DNA of 64,000 bases, filler included, from Jimgerdemannia flammicorona (lineage: Eukaryota), in NCBI GenBank assembly GCA_003990765.1. It is 3 parts of 3 records of this genome, joined end to end, with 100 filler letters (N's around TTAATTAATTAA, not from the genome) between each part and the next. Parts side by side here need not be neighbours in the genome. Positions count along the whole stretch, not along the records: positions 1 to 21,485 come from RBNJ01001440.1; 2 more parts are not named here. One strand, 5' to 3'. Every line of letters starts with the position of its first letter. The stretch's first letter is position 1. The notes under the pieces were generated by a model. The model was not told the DNA's origin and searched no databases. It worked only from the letters and a program-made list of their open reading frames with translations. The translations under genes were made by a program, and so were the position numbers. This document shows, in pieces, positions 1-11,350 of this stretch.

Positions 1-241
1 TTAAGGGCTTTCAAATGACACCAAGATCATCAAATTTGGATGATTATTCATCAAGTTATTGATGTAAACATTTAATTGTCTAATTTGGAAATCAAAACAA
101 TGGTTGATTCGAATCCGATTCGAATCCGATTCGAATCCGATTCGAATCCATCCGGATGGGATTTGAATCCGATTCGAATCTGATTCGAATCCAATTCGAA
201 TCCATCCGAATCCCATCCGGATTGACTCGTTCGGAGCACTA
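1..241 (-). mobile_element. Terminus of a probable hAT-type DNA transposon inserted in the gypsy-1 integrase
   Basis: The gypsy-1 integrase frame (..DCLIKTMVAESTTTN) stops at 242. The minus strand then starts TAGTGCTCCGAACGAGTC, followed by near-palindromic GAATCCGATTC subterminal repeats. CpGs are retained, unlike in the flank. The other end lies outside the window. Confidence 0.5.
106..225. repeat. Tandem 11-bp near-palindromic repeats (GAATCCGATTC)n in two blocks
   Basis: Directly visible: gattcgaatcc repeated about 7-8 times, with interspersed CATCCGGAT motifs. Confidence 0.9.
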
Positions 242-2649
242 TTGGTAGTAGTTGATTCAGCAACCATAGTCTTGATCAGGCAGTTAATAAATATAATGAT
301 AGCATCAGTACCAGATTGAGTTCATGGTAGTTGAGTTACAAAGTTCATGGTGACTTGCTCGAACTTCTTGGTAGAAATTAGCAGTGGTTGTAGCAAACCA
401 GTAGATGCTTAGTTGGTAGACTTGTTGTGCTGACATAGATTATAGCTGGCAACATAGTTCTTGATTTTCTTGACCATATTTGGCCAATAGTAGCGATGTT
501 GGATGTTCTTGACAGTCTTCCCAATTCCCAGGTAACTGGCAAGAGGAGAGTCATGGTGTTCTTGCAAAACCTTATAGCATAGGTTTATGTTTTCAAGTAG
601 ATAGACTTGATCTTGATGATAGATCAGGTTGTTCTCGACAGTATATGTATCCTTGAGTTCATTCAAGAAAACTCTAATGGCAACTGTGTTTTCTTTGTAA
701 GCTTGCCTGATTTGGTCTAGGAATTCTGATGCCAAGGTGACTTGCATGATTGTGATGAGATCTGGGCACCTTAATAAGGCATCTGGTACTACAAGTGTCT
801 TGCTGGACTTGTAGATGATTGTTGGATTGAAGGTTTGAGGCTTGAGGCTCTACTTGGCTTGTAGATATGACAGAGTAGGTTGGGTGTTGATATACTTGAG
901 AGATTGATAATCAGTAATGACATCAAACTCAATATCTTCTAGATAGCATCACCAGTGGTCTAGTGCATGTATTATTGCTAGTAGTTCCTTCTTGTGAGTA
1001 GCTAGCTTTTGTTCAGCTGGGGCTAGCTTGCAGGACTCAAAAGCAATCAGGTAATGTCCTTTGTCATCATCTTGTGACAGGACTGCTCCAATGGCAAAAT
1101 TTGATGCATCAGTAGTGACTATGAATTTTAGGCCTTGATCTACATTATACAGAACTGGGGCATGAGTCAGGCAGTTCTTGAGTTCTTGAAAGACTTGTTG
1201 ACAGAAGAGATCCCAGGTGTAGGGTACATAGTGGTCTGAGTGTGGGGCCTTCCTTATGAGATTAGCCAGTGGCTCAGTAATGCCAGAGAAGTTTCTGACA
1301 AAGTGGTGGTAATAGCCAGCTAGATTAAGAAAGGATCAGAGTTCAACAGAATAGGCCATTCTTTAATTACTTCTATCTTATATGGGTCTACTTGAATTCC
1401 TTGTGTAGAGATAATATGGCCAAGGTATTTGACTTATTTCTTGAAGAATTCACACTTCTTGAGCTTGGCATAAAGCTTGTGTTTTCACAGGATCTCTAGG
1501 ACTATTCAAATGTATTTGAGGTATTCTTCTTTAGTTGTACTAAAGATCAGAATGTCATCAAGATATACCAACAGGAAAATAAATAGTTGGTCCTTGAATA
1601 TAGAGTCTGGAATATGGTGGGTGCATTGATGAGACCAAATGCTAAGACCAGGAATTCATAGAGTCCAAAGGGGGTCATGAATACAGTTTTGAGAATGTCT
1701 TCTGGCTTGATTCGAATCTGGTGGTATCCTGACATGAGATCTAACTTGGTGAAGTACTTGGCATTCTTGAGAGTATCAAAGATTTGATCAATCAAGGGTA
1801 ATGGATAGCAGTTCTTGACAGTGAGTTTGTTGAGTGCATGATAGTTTATGTACATTTGCAGGGTACCATCCTTCTTCTTAACAAATAAGACTGGTGAGCC
1901 ATAAGGAGATTTGCTTGGCTGGATGGCTCCTTGTGCAAGTAGTTCTTCTAGTTTCTTCTTGACTACTTCAATTTTGAGTGGTGACATATAGTACATATAT
2001 TTCTTGGGTAGTACAGCTCCTAGGGTCAGTTCAATTTCATGATCAACTTCTCATATAGGTGGTAGGCCAGATAGCTTGTCTGAAAAGACATCCTTGAATT
2101 TCTCTAGTAATAGCTTGATACTTTCATTAACTGATAGTCTCTTGTCTTATTTCTTGGGGTGGATCATTACAATAAAGGCATGCATTGTCTTCTTGAGTGC
2201 TTTCTTATACTGTATGGCTGACAGTATTGCAATTTGGATCTTGCTCATGGTCTTGTCTGTCTTGGTCATGATGTTGGCTCTATTTTGAAGTAGGGTGACT
2301 TTATTCTTGCACCAATCAATGTCTGGATTGTGTTTTGTAAGCCAGAGTTTTTCTAAGATCAGATCATGATCTCTTAGTGATACAACCTCAAAGTCTACTC
2401 ATTCACAATATTTCTAGATCTTGATGGGCAATTTGGTGGCAATTGACTTGATGGGGTGTAAAGTACCATCTGCAGTAACTATACTATTGTTCTTGGGTTC
2501 AGGCTTGGTGAGGATTTTGAGGTTTTCAATAAGATTCTGATTGATGTAGTTCTCTATAGCTCTGCTATCTATGAGTACTTGAACTTCTTTTCCTTTGACT
2601 AGGCCTTGAAAATGAGTATAACTTGAGCTCAATTTTCACTAAGACTTGC

Positions 2650-3055
2650 TGCTTGATCAGTGCTGCTAAAACCCTTTTGATCTTATTTGGTTTTAGAGAG
2701 TTCTTGAACTTCTGTAATCTTGAGTTGACTGGCTTTTTCCAGGATCATTTGCATGACTCAGTCTCCTTCTTTAACTGTGTAGTCTTGATCCTTCTGGTTA
2801 ACAAGTAAGACTTGAACTTGTCTTCAAAAGTCTGGGTCAATGACACTAGTGCCTATATCTAAATGATGTTTGATACTGAGTCTTGATCATGGTGCAATTC
2901 TAGCATAATGTCTTTCAGGACATTGGACTACAATTCCAGTAGGTACCAGAGTATGTCCCTTGGCTGAAATAGTGACTTATTTGACTGAGTATAGGTCTTC
3001 TGTTTGATATTGAGGGACCTGGGCCTTCAGATGAAGCTTCTTGATCTTGAGCTCA
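2650..3055 (-). pseudogene. dUTPase domain of gypsy-1, between gag and protease
   Basis: Manual translation: LKIKKLHLKAQVPQYQTE-DLYS..LVPTGIVVQCPERHYARIAP*SRLSIKHHLDIGTSVIDPDF*RQVQVLLVN..VKEGD*VMQMILE..TK*DQKGFSSTD. Trimeric dUTPase motifs 2-5 are recognisable, and the stops fit CGA/CAA to TGA/TAA changes. Confidence 0.88.
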
Positions 3056-4104
3056 AGTTGACTTGTAGTGAGATTGATGGGTGTGTCCTTGGACAATATG
3101 GTGACTGGTCTTGAGGGTTTGCTAGTCTTCCTAGGACATTTGGTTGCAATGTGTCCTATTTGGTGACAGAAGAAACAAGCTCCAGATTTCTTCAGATAGT
3201 CCTTTTCTTCAGGGGTGAGCTTGGTATTCTTTTTTTTTCATAGTGTCTAAGTCTATTGGTGCTGGGCCAACTGTCCTTGGTTGGTTTCTGTGGCAGTTCT
3301 TGAAGTGGTTCTTTTTGTGGTGTTCTGGTTCAAAGCAGTTACCAAAGATGATGATATCAAATCTATCAGATTCTCATGGCTTCATTAAGAGTTTTGGGTT
3401 CTTCTAGCTTGACCTTGACTTATGTATTTCCCTTCAGACCTCAGATATAGTAGTCTATCTTTTTATCCTCAGATACTGCTGGTAGCTCAAGTAGGATTGA
3501 TAAGAATTATACATTATAGCTTTGCATAGACTTGAGTTACTTGATGATTGCTAGCTTATCTCTGGCTAGCTTGGTGGCATTAGCAGGCTTGAACTACTTG
3601 TGAAGGGCTCTCTTGAAAGCTTCCCAATCTCTAATTTATACATATGAGTGTACAGATGTAACCATGATATGATTGTACCACCAGATAGCTATATTTCCTA
3701 AGAGAAGTGTGGTGGCAAATTGAACTTGCATATCATCTTCCATTCTTGTGAGCTTGAAGTATTGATCCAATTGGAAGGTACATGCATCGGTAGATAGTCC
3801 TTCTCAATGGCTGTCAAAGGTATCTGGCTTGAGTGGCTTGAAACTGACTGGCACTATGACAGGATGTGATGTTCCTGTAGTTTGTGATTTCTGGTGTTCT
3901 AGTTGTGCTTAAAGTTCTTGAATTTGGTGGGTCATGGCATTGATCATATCTTCTATATTGAGCTGCAATCCTCCTGTTTCTTCTGTAGCAGAGGGGTTTG
4001 GCTGGTAGACTGTCTCTTCATGGCTCATTTTGGGTTCATGTGAATAGTTGTGACTGGTTTCCGAATTTGTGTGAGGTTTCTTAATAAGGCAAGGTGTAAT
4101 GACA

Positions 4105-4116
4105 CCACTGCTACCA
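4105..4116 (-). promoter_or_regulatory. Primer binding site of gypsy-1 (TGGTAGCAGTGG, tRNA-iMet-like)
   Basis: Lies 2 nt after the LTR end (..ATTACA). TGGTAGC is complementary to the 3' end of initiator tRNA-Met. Confidence 0.6.
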
Positions 4117-4118
4117 AG

Positions 4119-4583
4119 TGTAATGGTTCTAGTTTCTTTAAGAGAAAGTAGCTAAATCTGAAAGTTCTGGTTGGCCTAAAGTAGCTTGAAGAGATACTTA
4201 AAGATTCAAGTATTCTCAAAGGATTTCTGAGAGAAAATATTCTGAGCTTTATTCAGGCAGAGAACAAGGATATTTATATATGATCTAAAAGAAAGATCTG
4301 GAAGGATCTTGGAAAGAAAGAGAAATGCCAAGAAATAGATTCTCAGCAAAGCTGACTAATACTATTCTACAATGTTCCAAAAGGTTCCATAACTAGCTGA
4401 GATAAGATACTTGGTACTAAGGAAAGACAAGAATGTTCTAGTGGTATCTAGGTACTGAGAGAAGGTTTCTAAGCAAGTAGAAAGTACCAGAACATAGTAG
4501 AATGTTTAAGAAATGATAAGAAAAGACTGACTAAAAGATGTAAAAAATATACTAAGACTAAATATGACTGTGAAATTGTTACA
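4119..4583 (-). repeat. 5' LTR of gypsy-1 (~465 bp)
   Basis: Minus strand begins TGTAACA at 4583 and ends ..TTACA at 4119, followed by the PBS. Copia RT sequence resumes directly at 4584. Confidence 0.7.
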
Positions 4584-5435
4584 TTAGCAAAGTAAGCTTG
4601 AATATTAGAAAAAATATCTTGATATAGTCTATACTATAATATTATAAATAACTGTTAGCAATAAAATAAGCTTTATACTATTCTATACTTTTATTACTCC
4701 TATGCTTAATTTTAAATCTAATGAGATTCTATAGCTTGTTAATTGACCAGAAGAGGTATTAGATCTTATGTATTATTCTTGATAAGTAAATTATATTCTT
4801 CATCTATAACTTATTTCTATCTCTTATTTTTAGAGAAATTTATTGCTTTATTATATATACTGGGCTTACTAAAAGTTACAATAAATATATATTTATATAT
4901 CTTATTATAGCTTACATAGTCTTTATAAGAGATCTTTAGTATATCTCAATAACTCTCTAAATCAGAATGAGTTTCATAATGAATATTGGAGCATTTTTAA
5001 TTACTCTTTATAGAGGATCTCCCATCACTAGAGTGTTTATTGTTATTTTCATCTTTGATTTTTATTATTCTTGGCTTAGATATGTATAGAAATTTTGCTT
5101 TATTGAAGAGATTACCACTGGTTACTATATTTATATTAACTAAGATATAGAGATTATAACTGATATATCTATATAGATCTCTGAGCCTTTTTCTCTAAAC
5201 TATATATTCTGTAAGATTACTATATAATATTATATAGATTCCACAATCTATATAACTTTCTGTTATATTTGAGAAATATGTACTTATCTATCTTAGACTC
5301 AAATTTATACTAATTTCTCCTTTCTTCAAAGTATAGACCTTATATTTCAATATATATAAATATGAAATGTCTGATTTAGATCTGCTCTATAATTCTTTAG
5401 AAGTAAGATCATGATTATTTCTAAATTGTATATTG
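4584..5435 (-). mobile_element. Highly mutated Ty1/copia relic (integrase C-terminal SH3 to start of RT)
   Basis: Minus-strand translation through stops: SKSDISYLYILKYKVY..KFESKIDKYIFLKY..YRLW (copia SH3), and KPSIYNKA..VIDEEYNLLIKNNT*DLIPL..YKAYFIANSYL*YYSIDY, matching EP.TY.EA..AM.EE..SL..N.TW.L..YKAR.VAKGYSQ.YGIDY. Confidence 0.8.
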
Positions 5436-5856
5436 TTTATTTTATTTTATTTTATTTTATTTTATTTTTTTATTTATTTTTTTTTTTTTACAGTTACTTA
5501 GACTTTTGTATTTATTATCAATCTAATCTATATAATAACCTGACCACTTACTCAATTCTCTTAGAGAGCCTCTCTTTTTTCTACCTTATTATACATATTA
5601 GAATACTAATAGATTATTAATAACTACAATTCTTTTACTACTTTTTCACAAATACTCTCTATTAGATAGTGATAGCAACTACCCTAAGAGCTCCACCCCC
5701 TCTATCAGTCAGACATAATATCTACTACCAATCTCTCCCATTATACTATTTGCTCCTCTAACCTTATCTGCTAGCTATTCTCAAATACATATAATCAATG
5801 TCTAGCAAAACTCATACAACCTATGTCTAACTAACTATGAGTTACTTATTATCTAT
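5436..5856 (-). mobile_element. LINE-A 3' end with poly(A) tail (older relative of LINE-B)
   Basis: Poly-T/(TTTTA)n at 5436-5489, with AATAAA just upstream on the minus strand. The C-rich plus strand continues across the gypsy-2 insertion at 20413. Confidence 0.7.
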
Positions 5857-6096
5857 TGTAATGGTGACCCCAGAATGATGACATCAGCACAGGAGACAGC
5901 CTTTCCTTGCAAGCCACTATATCGGAGCACAAGAAGATTATATGGCATATGAGATGAGCAATAATGACTAACTGTGAGTCATTGTGACCACCACAAGCAT
6001 CCTGAAAAATATAAAAGAAGGATCAAGGAACCGCAGTAGCAGCAACCAATAAGAACCACCAATCCCAAAATAGCTCAAAGACTTATCACAAATGAA

Positions 6097-6929
6097 ATGC
6101 CTGCTACCTGCCAAACCTCAAGGTCAAGGAATCACCAAGGTATCTCAGTTGAGGAAAGGATGTTCCAAGACATCAGAAGAGCCATGGAGACCTGCTCAAG
6201 AAGGACTCCTAGTGTCAACCTGGGTACTGCAGACCCTTACCACTTTATTCTCTACTGCTGCAAAATGGAAACAAGGATCACCATTACTACTGAATGCCTC
6301 CAAATGTGGCAGGAGTACGAAATAGGAAATCTCCTCTGCTGGGAGTTCCCAGAGGCCAGCACCCAAAAGCTATAAGATGCTACTCCCATGGATATACATG
6401 AAACAAGGACAGCTAAGAAGATCCATCAGATCTTCAGGCATGCACCATGGTCGATCCCCAACTTGGAGTATGTTAGAGTCTCAGACTTCAGAGACCTGTC
6501 ATCCTGCCAAGTCAATGCACTAGAAGCCAGGGTAGGGTGGCTACAGAAGCCCAGTCCACTATCACTCTCAACAGTGAAGAAGTAGAAGACTTCTGGCACC
6601 CTATCCTTCAGGACAACCCAGATCAATTCCTGCAAGGATTGATCTCAGTATTCCAAGGCCCAAGCATCTGGGTTAGATCTCCACAAGACCCCACATTTGT
6701 TCCTTATTTTGTAGAAGAGAATCTCATAGACTGGAGAGCTCCAGACCTTGTCCCCGATTTCCCTGCCACAGCCGAATGTGATGACATCATCGATGATGTC
6801 ATCCTGTGTGACATACCTGAAGCACGCGAAGTATGCGAAACGTATGACCTATATAGCAAATTCACGGATCTCATCTCCTTCAGTGATGATGATGATGAAG
6901 CCCCCATGATCCTGAACTTTCTGCTCTAA
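6097..6929 (+). pseudogene. LTR-encoded ORF, 5' LTR copy (disrupted by a TAA at 6373 and a 5-nt duplication near 6530)
   Basis: ORF pieces 6097-6375, 6388-6585 and 6537-6929 align with 19133-19960. A TATAAAAG lies at 6010. Confidence 0.75.
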
Positions 6930-7101
6930 GTTCTTTGTTATACTGGATAATGCCAGCACTGGTATCCTGAGGTGACGCGAAATTGTTCCAGCACTAGCAT
7001 TTTGATGTAACACTAAATAATGCCAGCCCTGGAACTTAGTAGTTTTAGTTATTGGAATTTATATTTAGCTTTATATCTTAGCAACTATTGAATTATATTT
7101 T

Positions 7102-7136
7102 TATATAAATACCCCTCTTATTTCCTCTGAAATAAA
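7102..7136 (+). promoter_or_regulatory. Probable main LTR TATA box (TATATAAATA) and poly(A) signal (AATAAA)
   Basis: Typical arrangement ~240 bp before the LTR end; conserved in the 3' LTR (~20170-20202). Confidence 0.5.
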
Positions 7137-7345
7137 GTCAGTTCTTCTCAGTGCAATACACACTTCCTTGTAAGCAATTTAAGAGATAACAAGACAGTTT
7201 AAAGATAAGAAGTTTGAGGACTATAAGACCTTGGGAAGGCACTCCAATAAGAACTTGCTTATAACAAACTTGAGTTAGTCTAAGAGATATACCTTGAAGA
7301 GAATCTGGCATATTTGAAGGACTCAGCGACCACTATGTGACAACT

Positions 7346-7366
7346 TGGTGCCCATTGGCTGGTAAT
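7346..7366 (+). promoter_or_regulatory. Primer binding site of gypsy-2 (TGGTGCCCATTGGCTGGTAAT)
   Basis: Lies 3 nt after the LTR end and starts TGG. It resembles the complement of tRNA-Gly(GCC) (TGGTGCATTGGCCGGGAAT) with 2 extra nt. Confidence 0.55.
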
Positions 7367-9262
7367 TCAAGACGAATCTCTCACTTACAAGCTGAAAAAT
7401 GAACAACTCCCACAACATCTACCCTGACTACAAGATTCACTCCTGCAAGAATTCAAGACAAGATGGAAATGCGTCCCCCCACATTCTATGGATATACTAC
7501 TGAAGAGTCAATCCTGACCTTCATTGAAGACTTTGAACAATTTACTGCCATATGAGCCCTTGGTGTAGATGCTCAATTGGCCCTTCTACCAGTCAGCCTT
7601 AGAGGACCTGCCAGAGACAAGTTCAATGCAGCCACCATTGCTGATGCTGGTGCAGCCAAACTTGCCAACATGAAGGTCTTCCTTAGAACAACATATTATA
7701 CTGAAGAGATCAAGCAAGCTCTCAAGGATCAACTCAATACTATCTGCCAAGGACTTAGTGAAGATCCCAACTCATTCTATACCTGAATTTGCCACCAGAT
7801 TGTCTTGGCTAGCTATGATGACCACCTCAAGGAACAAATAGCGGATTCAAACTTCCTCAAAGGAGTTCACTCTGAAATTGCCCTAGCAATCAGATCTACC
7901 CCAGCTGCACTGACCCTTGATCAGAAAGTGGTCTTTGCACAGAGATATTGGACTACCAGACACCCTGCCAAACACCCAATGGAGAAAATAACTGGCATTA
8001 AGATGGAGCCATCAAAGCTAACTAGTATCTTACCTGCCACAGTTGTAAACAGACAACCAACCCCACCTACCCCCAAGACAGCCAAAGCTGACCCAGTGGA
8101 GGAACTTGCCAAGCAGTTTGCTGAAATGACTGCACACCTTGGTGATGTTGTTAGAGAAGTCCGAAGCACCAACAGGAGACCAGTGCAGAGATTTGCAGCT
8201 ACTACAGAAGAATGCAATATCACATGCTTCAGATGTGGAGAAGAAGGCCACTATGCAAAGAGTTGCATGACCAAAACAATATGCAAAGCCCAACCAAGCA
8301 ATGCTAGCAGAACCAGAGAACAAATCAATGCAGTAGTCATTGAGGAGATTGGTGACACCGATGATGAAGAATACTATGAAGAGCTCGAATTCTACCCTAC
8401 TACTGAAGGTACCAGAACCCAGTCCAAGCCCTATGATAAGAAGAGCAACAGCAAGCCAGTTGGAAGACCAAAGAAGACCCCAGCTGTCACTATTCAAAGC
8501 AAGACCCAACCCAAGGAGATTGATCAAGACATGGAGTTAGATGAAGCTGCCTGCCAAATCATTAAAGGCACTACTCCAGTCTCAGGAGAAAGTGAAAGCA
8601 AGAAGGAACAGAAGCTGTGCAAGACTAAGATCCATCAGTATGATATCTACAAGGATCTCAAGGAACAGAAGGTCAATGCCACTTTTGGACAGCTAGCTGA
8701 AGTCCCTGCCTTCAGACAGCAGTTGAGAGTAGGACTTGCAACTACTGCCAAGAATCAAGAGTACAAGATTGTAGAAGCTCACAATGCACAGAAAGAATCC
8801 GAGAACTCAGGTGAAGAATCTGAAGACTAGCATAAGACATCAGCCTATACCCCCTGCCAGATTGAAGACTATATCTTTGATGCCATCATTGATACTAGTG
8901 CTGGAGGATACCTCATAAGCAAGAAGGCAATTGACCACCTAGGTTGGGATATTGAAGAGTCCACTAAGATGGTCTATGTCACAGCAGATGGTACATGAGC
9001 TACCTCCCTTGGTAAAATCCAAGAAGTCCCCATCAAGATAGGAGGAGCTACCATTCCAGTAGATGTGATTGTTATAAGCGCCACCAACTATAACATCCTC
9101 ATTGACAACCAATGGCTTCACAAGGCCAAGGCCATCATTGACCTCAATGCCGATCAACTACAGAGGAAGAAAGGTATGAGTCTCTATCAATGTCCACAAA
9201 GGAGTCCTACCAGACATAGAGAAAAGAGATGAAGAAGACACAGAGGTCTTCATGCACTCAGT

Positions 9263-9305
9263 GAACAAGAACAAGAACAAGAACAAGAACAAGAACAAGA
9301 ATAAG
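9263..9305 (+). repeat. (AACAAG)n microsatellite inside gypsy-2 pol, encoding NK repeats
   Basis: About 7 hexamer units visible. Confidence 0.9.
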
Positions 9306-9559
9306 ACACCCAAGCTCACAGATGAGCAGTGGTACAACAAGGTCATTGATAGCTATGCTCCTCAAGGAAGATGTCCCCATGGTACTAGAATGTACTGCTC
9401 TGAACACCTGAATGACTACTGGTCCTATATCAGTGAAGTCAGGAAAATCTGCCAACAGAAATATAAGCAAGAAGCTGCCAAAGCAAAAAGGAAAGCCAAA
9501 GAAGATGACCAGCCCCCAGAGCTTCAAGCTGACAGCAATGATGAGAAGGAATAAGAATC

Positions 9560-9930
9560 AGACATCACCCTCAAGGTCAAGAAGTTTCACCCTGAAGCCA
9601 AGATCCCAGAATACAAGAACAGACCACCACCCTACTTGGCACTGGAATTGGAGTTAAGTTACCAGAAAACCATGCTGGAATTATCAAGACTAGGAGCAGT
9701 CTGGCCAAAAGCGAAATCTCAGTTGAAGGAGGAGTAATTGACCCTGATTACACTGGTGAGATTTTCCTCATAGTCAGAAATCACAACCACACCACCCCTT
9801 TCGAAGTCAAGAAGCATGACAGGATTGGCCAGATGCTGATCTATGAAGTCAAGAAGCACAAGATCATAGAAGCCATCGAACTCATCAAGACCAAGAGAGG
9901 AGAACAAGGCTTTGGATCTACTGGAAGAGG
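9560..9930 (+). pseudogene. dUTPase domain of gypsy-2, between protease and RT
   Basis: ITLKVKKFHPEAKIPEYK / TTLLGTGIGVKLPENHAGIIKTRSSLAKSEISVEGGVIDPDYTGEI..KKHDRIGQMLI..TKRGEQGFGSTG. Motifs 2-5 are intact and in frame with RT; motif 1 is deleted with a frameshift at ~9620. Confidence 0.93.
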
Positions 9931-11350
9931 AGCCTATGCTGCCACCAAGATTACCAAACTTGAGTACAAGAAAGACAAGGACCAGAAAAAGCACACATAT
10001 ACCATTGGAGAAAACTTTCCCCTTGAGAAACAACTTCTCAAGATCCTGTACCAGAATGAAGGAGTACTTGCTACAGACTTTAGAGATATCCACAATCAAG
10101 AACCCAAGTACTACTATGAAGTTGACACCAGTGATACCAAGCCTATCTACCAGAAAGCCAGACCCATACCACCTGCCTACAGAGAGTGGCTGCAAGCAGA
10201 ACTCAAGGAAATGGAAGAAGCTGGAATCATCAAGCAAGCTATCAGCCCCTGGGCCTCACCCATTGTTCTAGCCCCAAAGAAAGGAAGCAAGTCTGGAGAG
10301 TTTGCACCAAGACTCTGCATTGACTACAGGAAACTCAATGCCATTACCAAGAAGGATAGGCAGCCCTTGCCAAATATTCAAGAAATCCTTACCACCCTTG
10401 GAAGTGAAGCCAAATACTACACTACCTTGGATCTGTTCTCAGGCTTCCATCAGATTGGTCTCACTCAAGATACCAGTGAGAAATCAGCCTTCATCATACC
10501 TGTGCCACCTATATCTACTTGTGAATGTCATTTGAAATGTGCAATGCCCCAGCAAGTTTCCAGAAAATGATGAACAGAGTCTTCAGCAACAAAATTGGAA
10601 AATGGCTCTTTGTCAATGTTGATGATGTGATCATCTTCAGCAACACAGCACAGGAACATGTCAATCACATCCAGCTAGCCCTCAAGAGGCTCAAGGAGCA
10701 TGGCCTCTACATCAAGCCCAAGAAATGTAAGTTTGCAGCTCAGGAAATTGCCTATCTAGGACACCTCATCAATCAGACCGGAATCCACACAGACCCCATG
10801 AAGATTGAGGCTATTGCAACCTACCCAAGACCAAGAACAACCATAGAAGTTTATGCCTTCCTTAGACTGGCCAGCTACTATAGGAGATTCATCAAAGGAT
10901 ACTCCAACATTATAGCTCCTATCTATGAGCTACTGAAGAAGGAGACCAAATTCGAATGGACCAAGGAGTGCCAAGAAATCTTCAATGAACTCAAGACCAG
11001 GTTGATCCAAGCACCCATCCTCAGAAGACCAGACTGGAACCTAGAATTCATCCTGCAAACAGATGCGAGTGCTATAGGACTTAGAGCAGTCCTAGCTCAG
11101 AAGAAAGATGGACATGAATATGTCATCTCCTATGCAAGCTGAGGTACCCACGGAGCAGAACAGAACTACAAGTCATGCAAGCTTGAATGCTTAGCAGTAG
11201 TCTGGGCAGACAAGTTCAACTACTACCTAGCTGGGAAATACTTCACCATTCAAACAGACCATTCTGCAGCATTTTCTCTGGTAATATTCAGGTTACACAA
11301 CCCTTTGGCAACACTTTCAATACAGTTTCTAGAGAAAAGCTACTAGTATT

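Larger units (their letters stand above)
242..4583 (-). mobile_element. Degenerate Ty3/gypsy LTR retrotransposon (gypsy-1): LTR-gag-dUTPase-PR-RT-RH-IN, 3' part cut off
   Basis: Minus strand shows a CCHC knuckle CFFCHQIGHIATKC (~3135-3180), protease LIDSRA (~2570), [20 protein letters not shown] / [13 protein letters not shown] (1547-1996), RNase H (TDAS ~1110) and integrase HHCC and GLLQPL. Many stops and frameshifts. Confidence 0.93.
5857..7342 (+). repeat. 5' LTR of gypsy-2 (1486 bp)
   Basis: TGTAAT...GTGACA termini; colinear with 18891-20408. Confidence 0.95.
7463..11267 (+). pseudogene. gypsy-2 gag-pol, 5' part (Gag with CCHC, protease, dUTPase, RT, RNase H)
   Basis: MEMRPPTFYG start, CFRCGEEGHYAKSC, protease IIDTSAG (~8890), RT SPWASPIVL / CIDYRKLN / LDLFSGFHQI / VDD, RNase H LQTDAS. 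Several stops and frameshifts. Confidence 0.92.

Noticed and set aside
1..267. ORFs with GFESDSNRIRI repeats; possible CRISPR-like array
   Set aside because: These are translations of an 11-bp tandem repeat with no unique spacers, in eukaryotic TE context.
6092..6325. Overlapping 77-aa ORF (MKCLLPAKPQ..) open in both LTRs (also 19128-19361)
   Set aside because: Short overlap of the 275-aa frame; being open in two near-identical LTRs is weak evidence. It could still act as a uORF.
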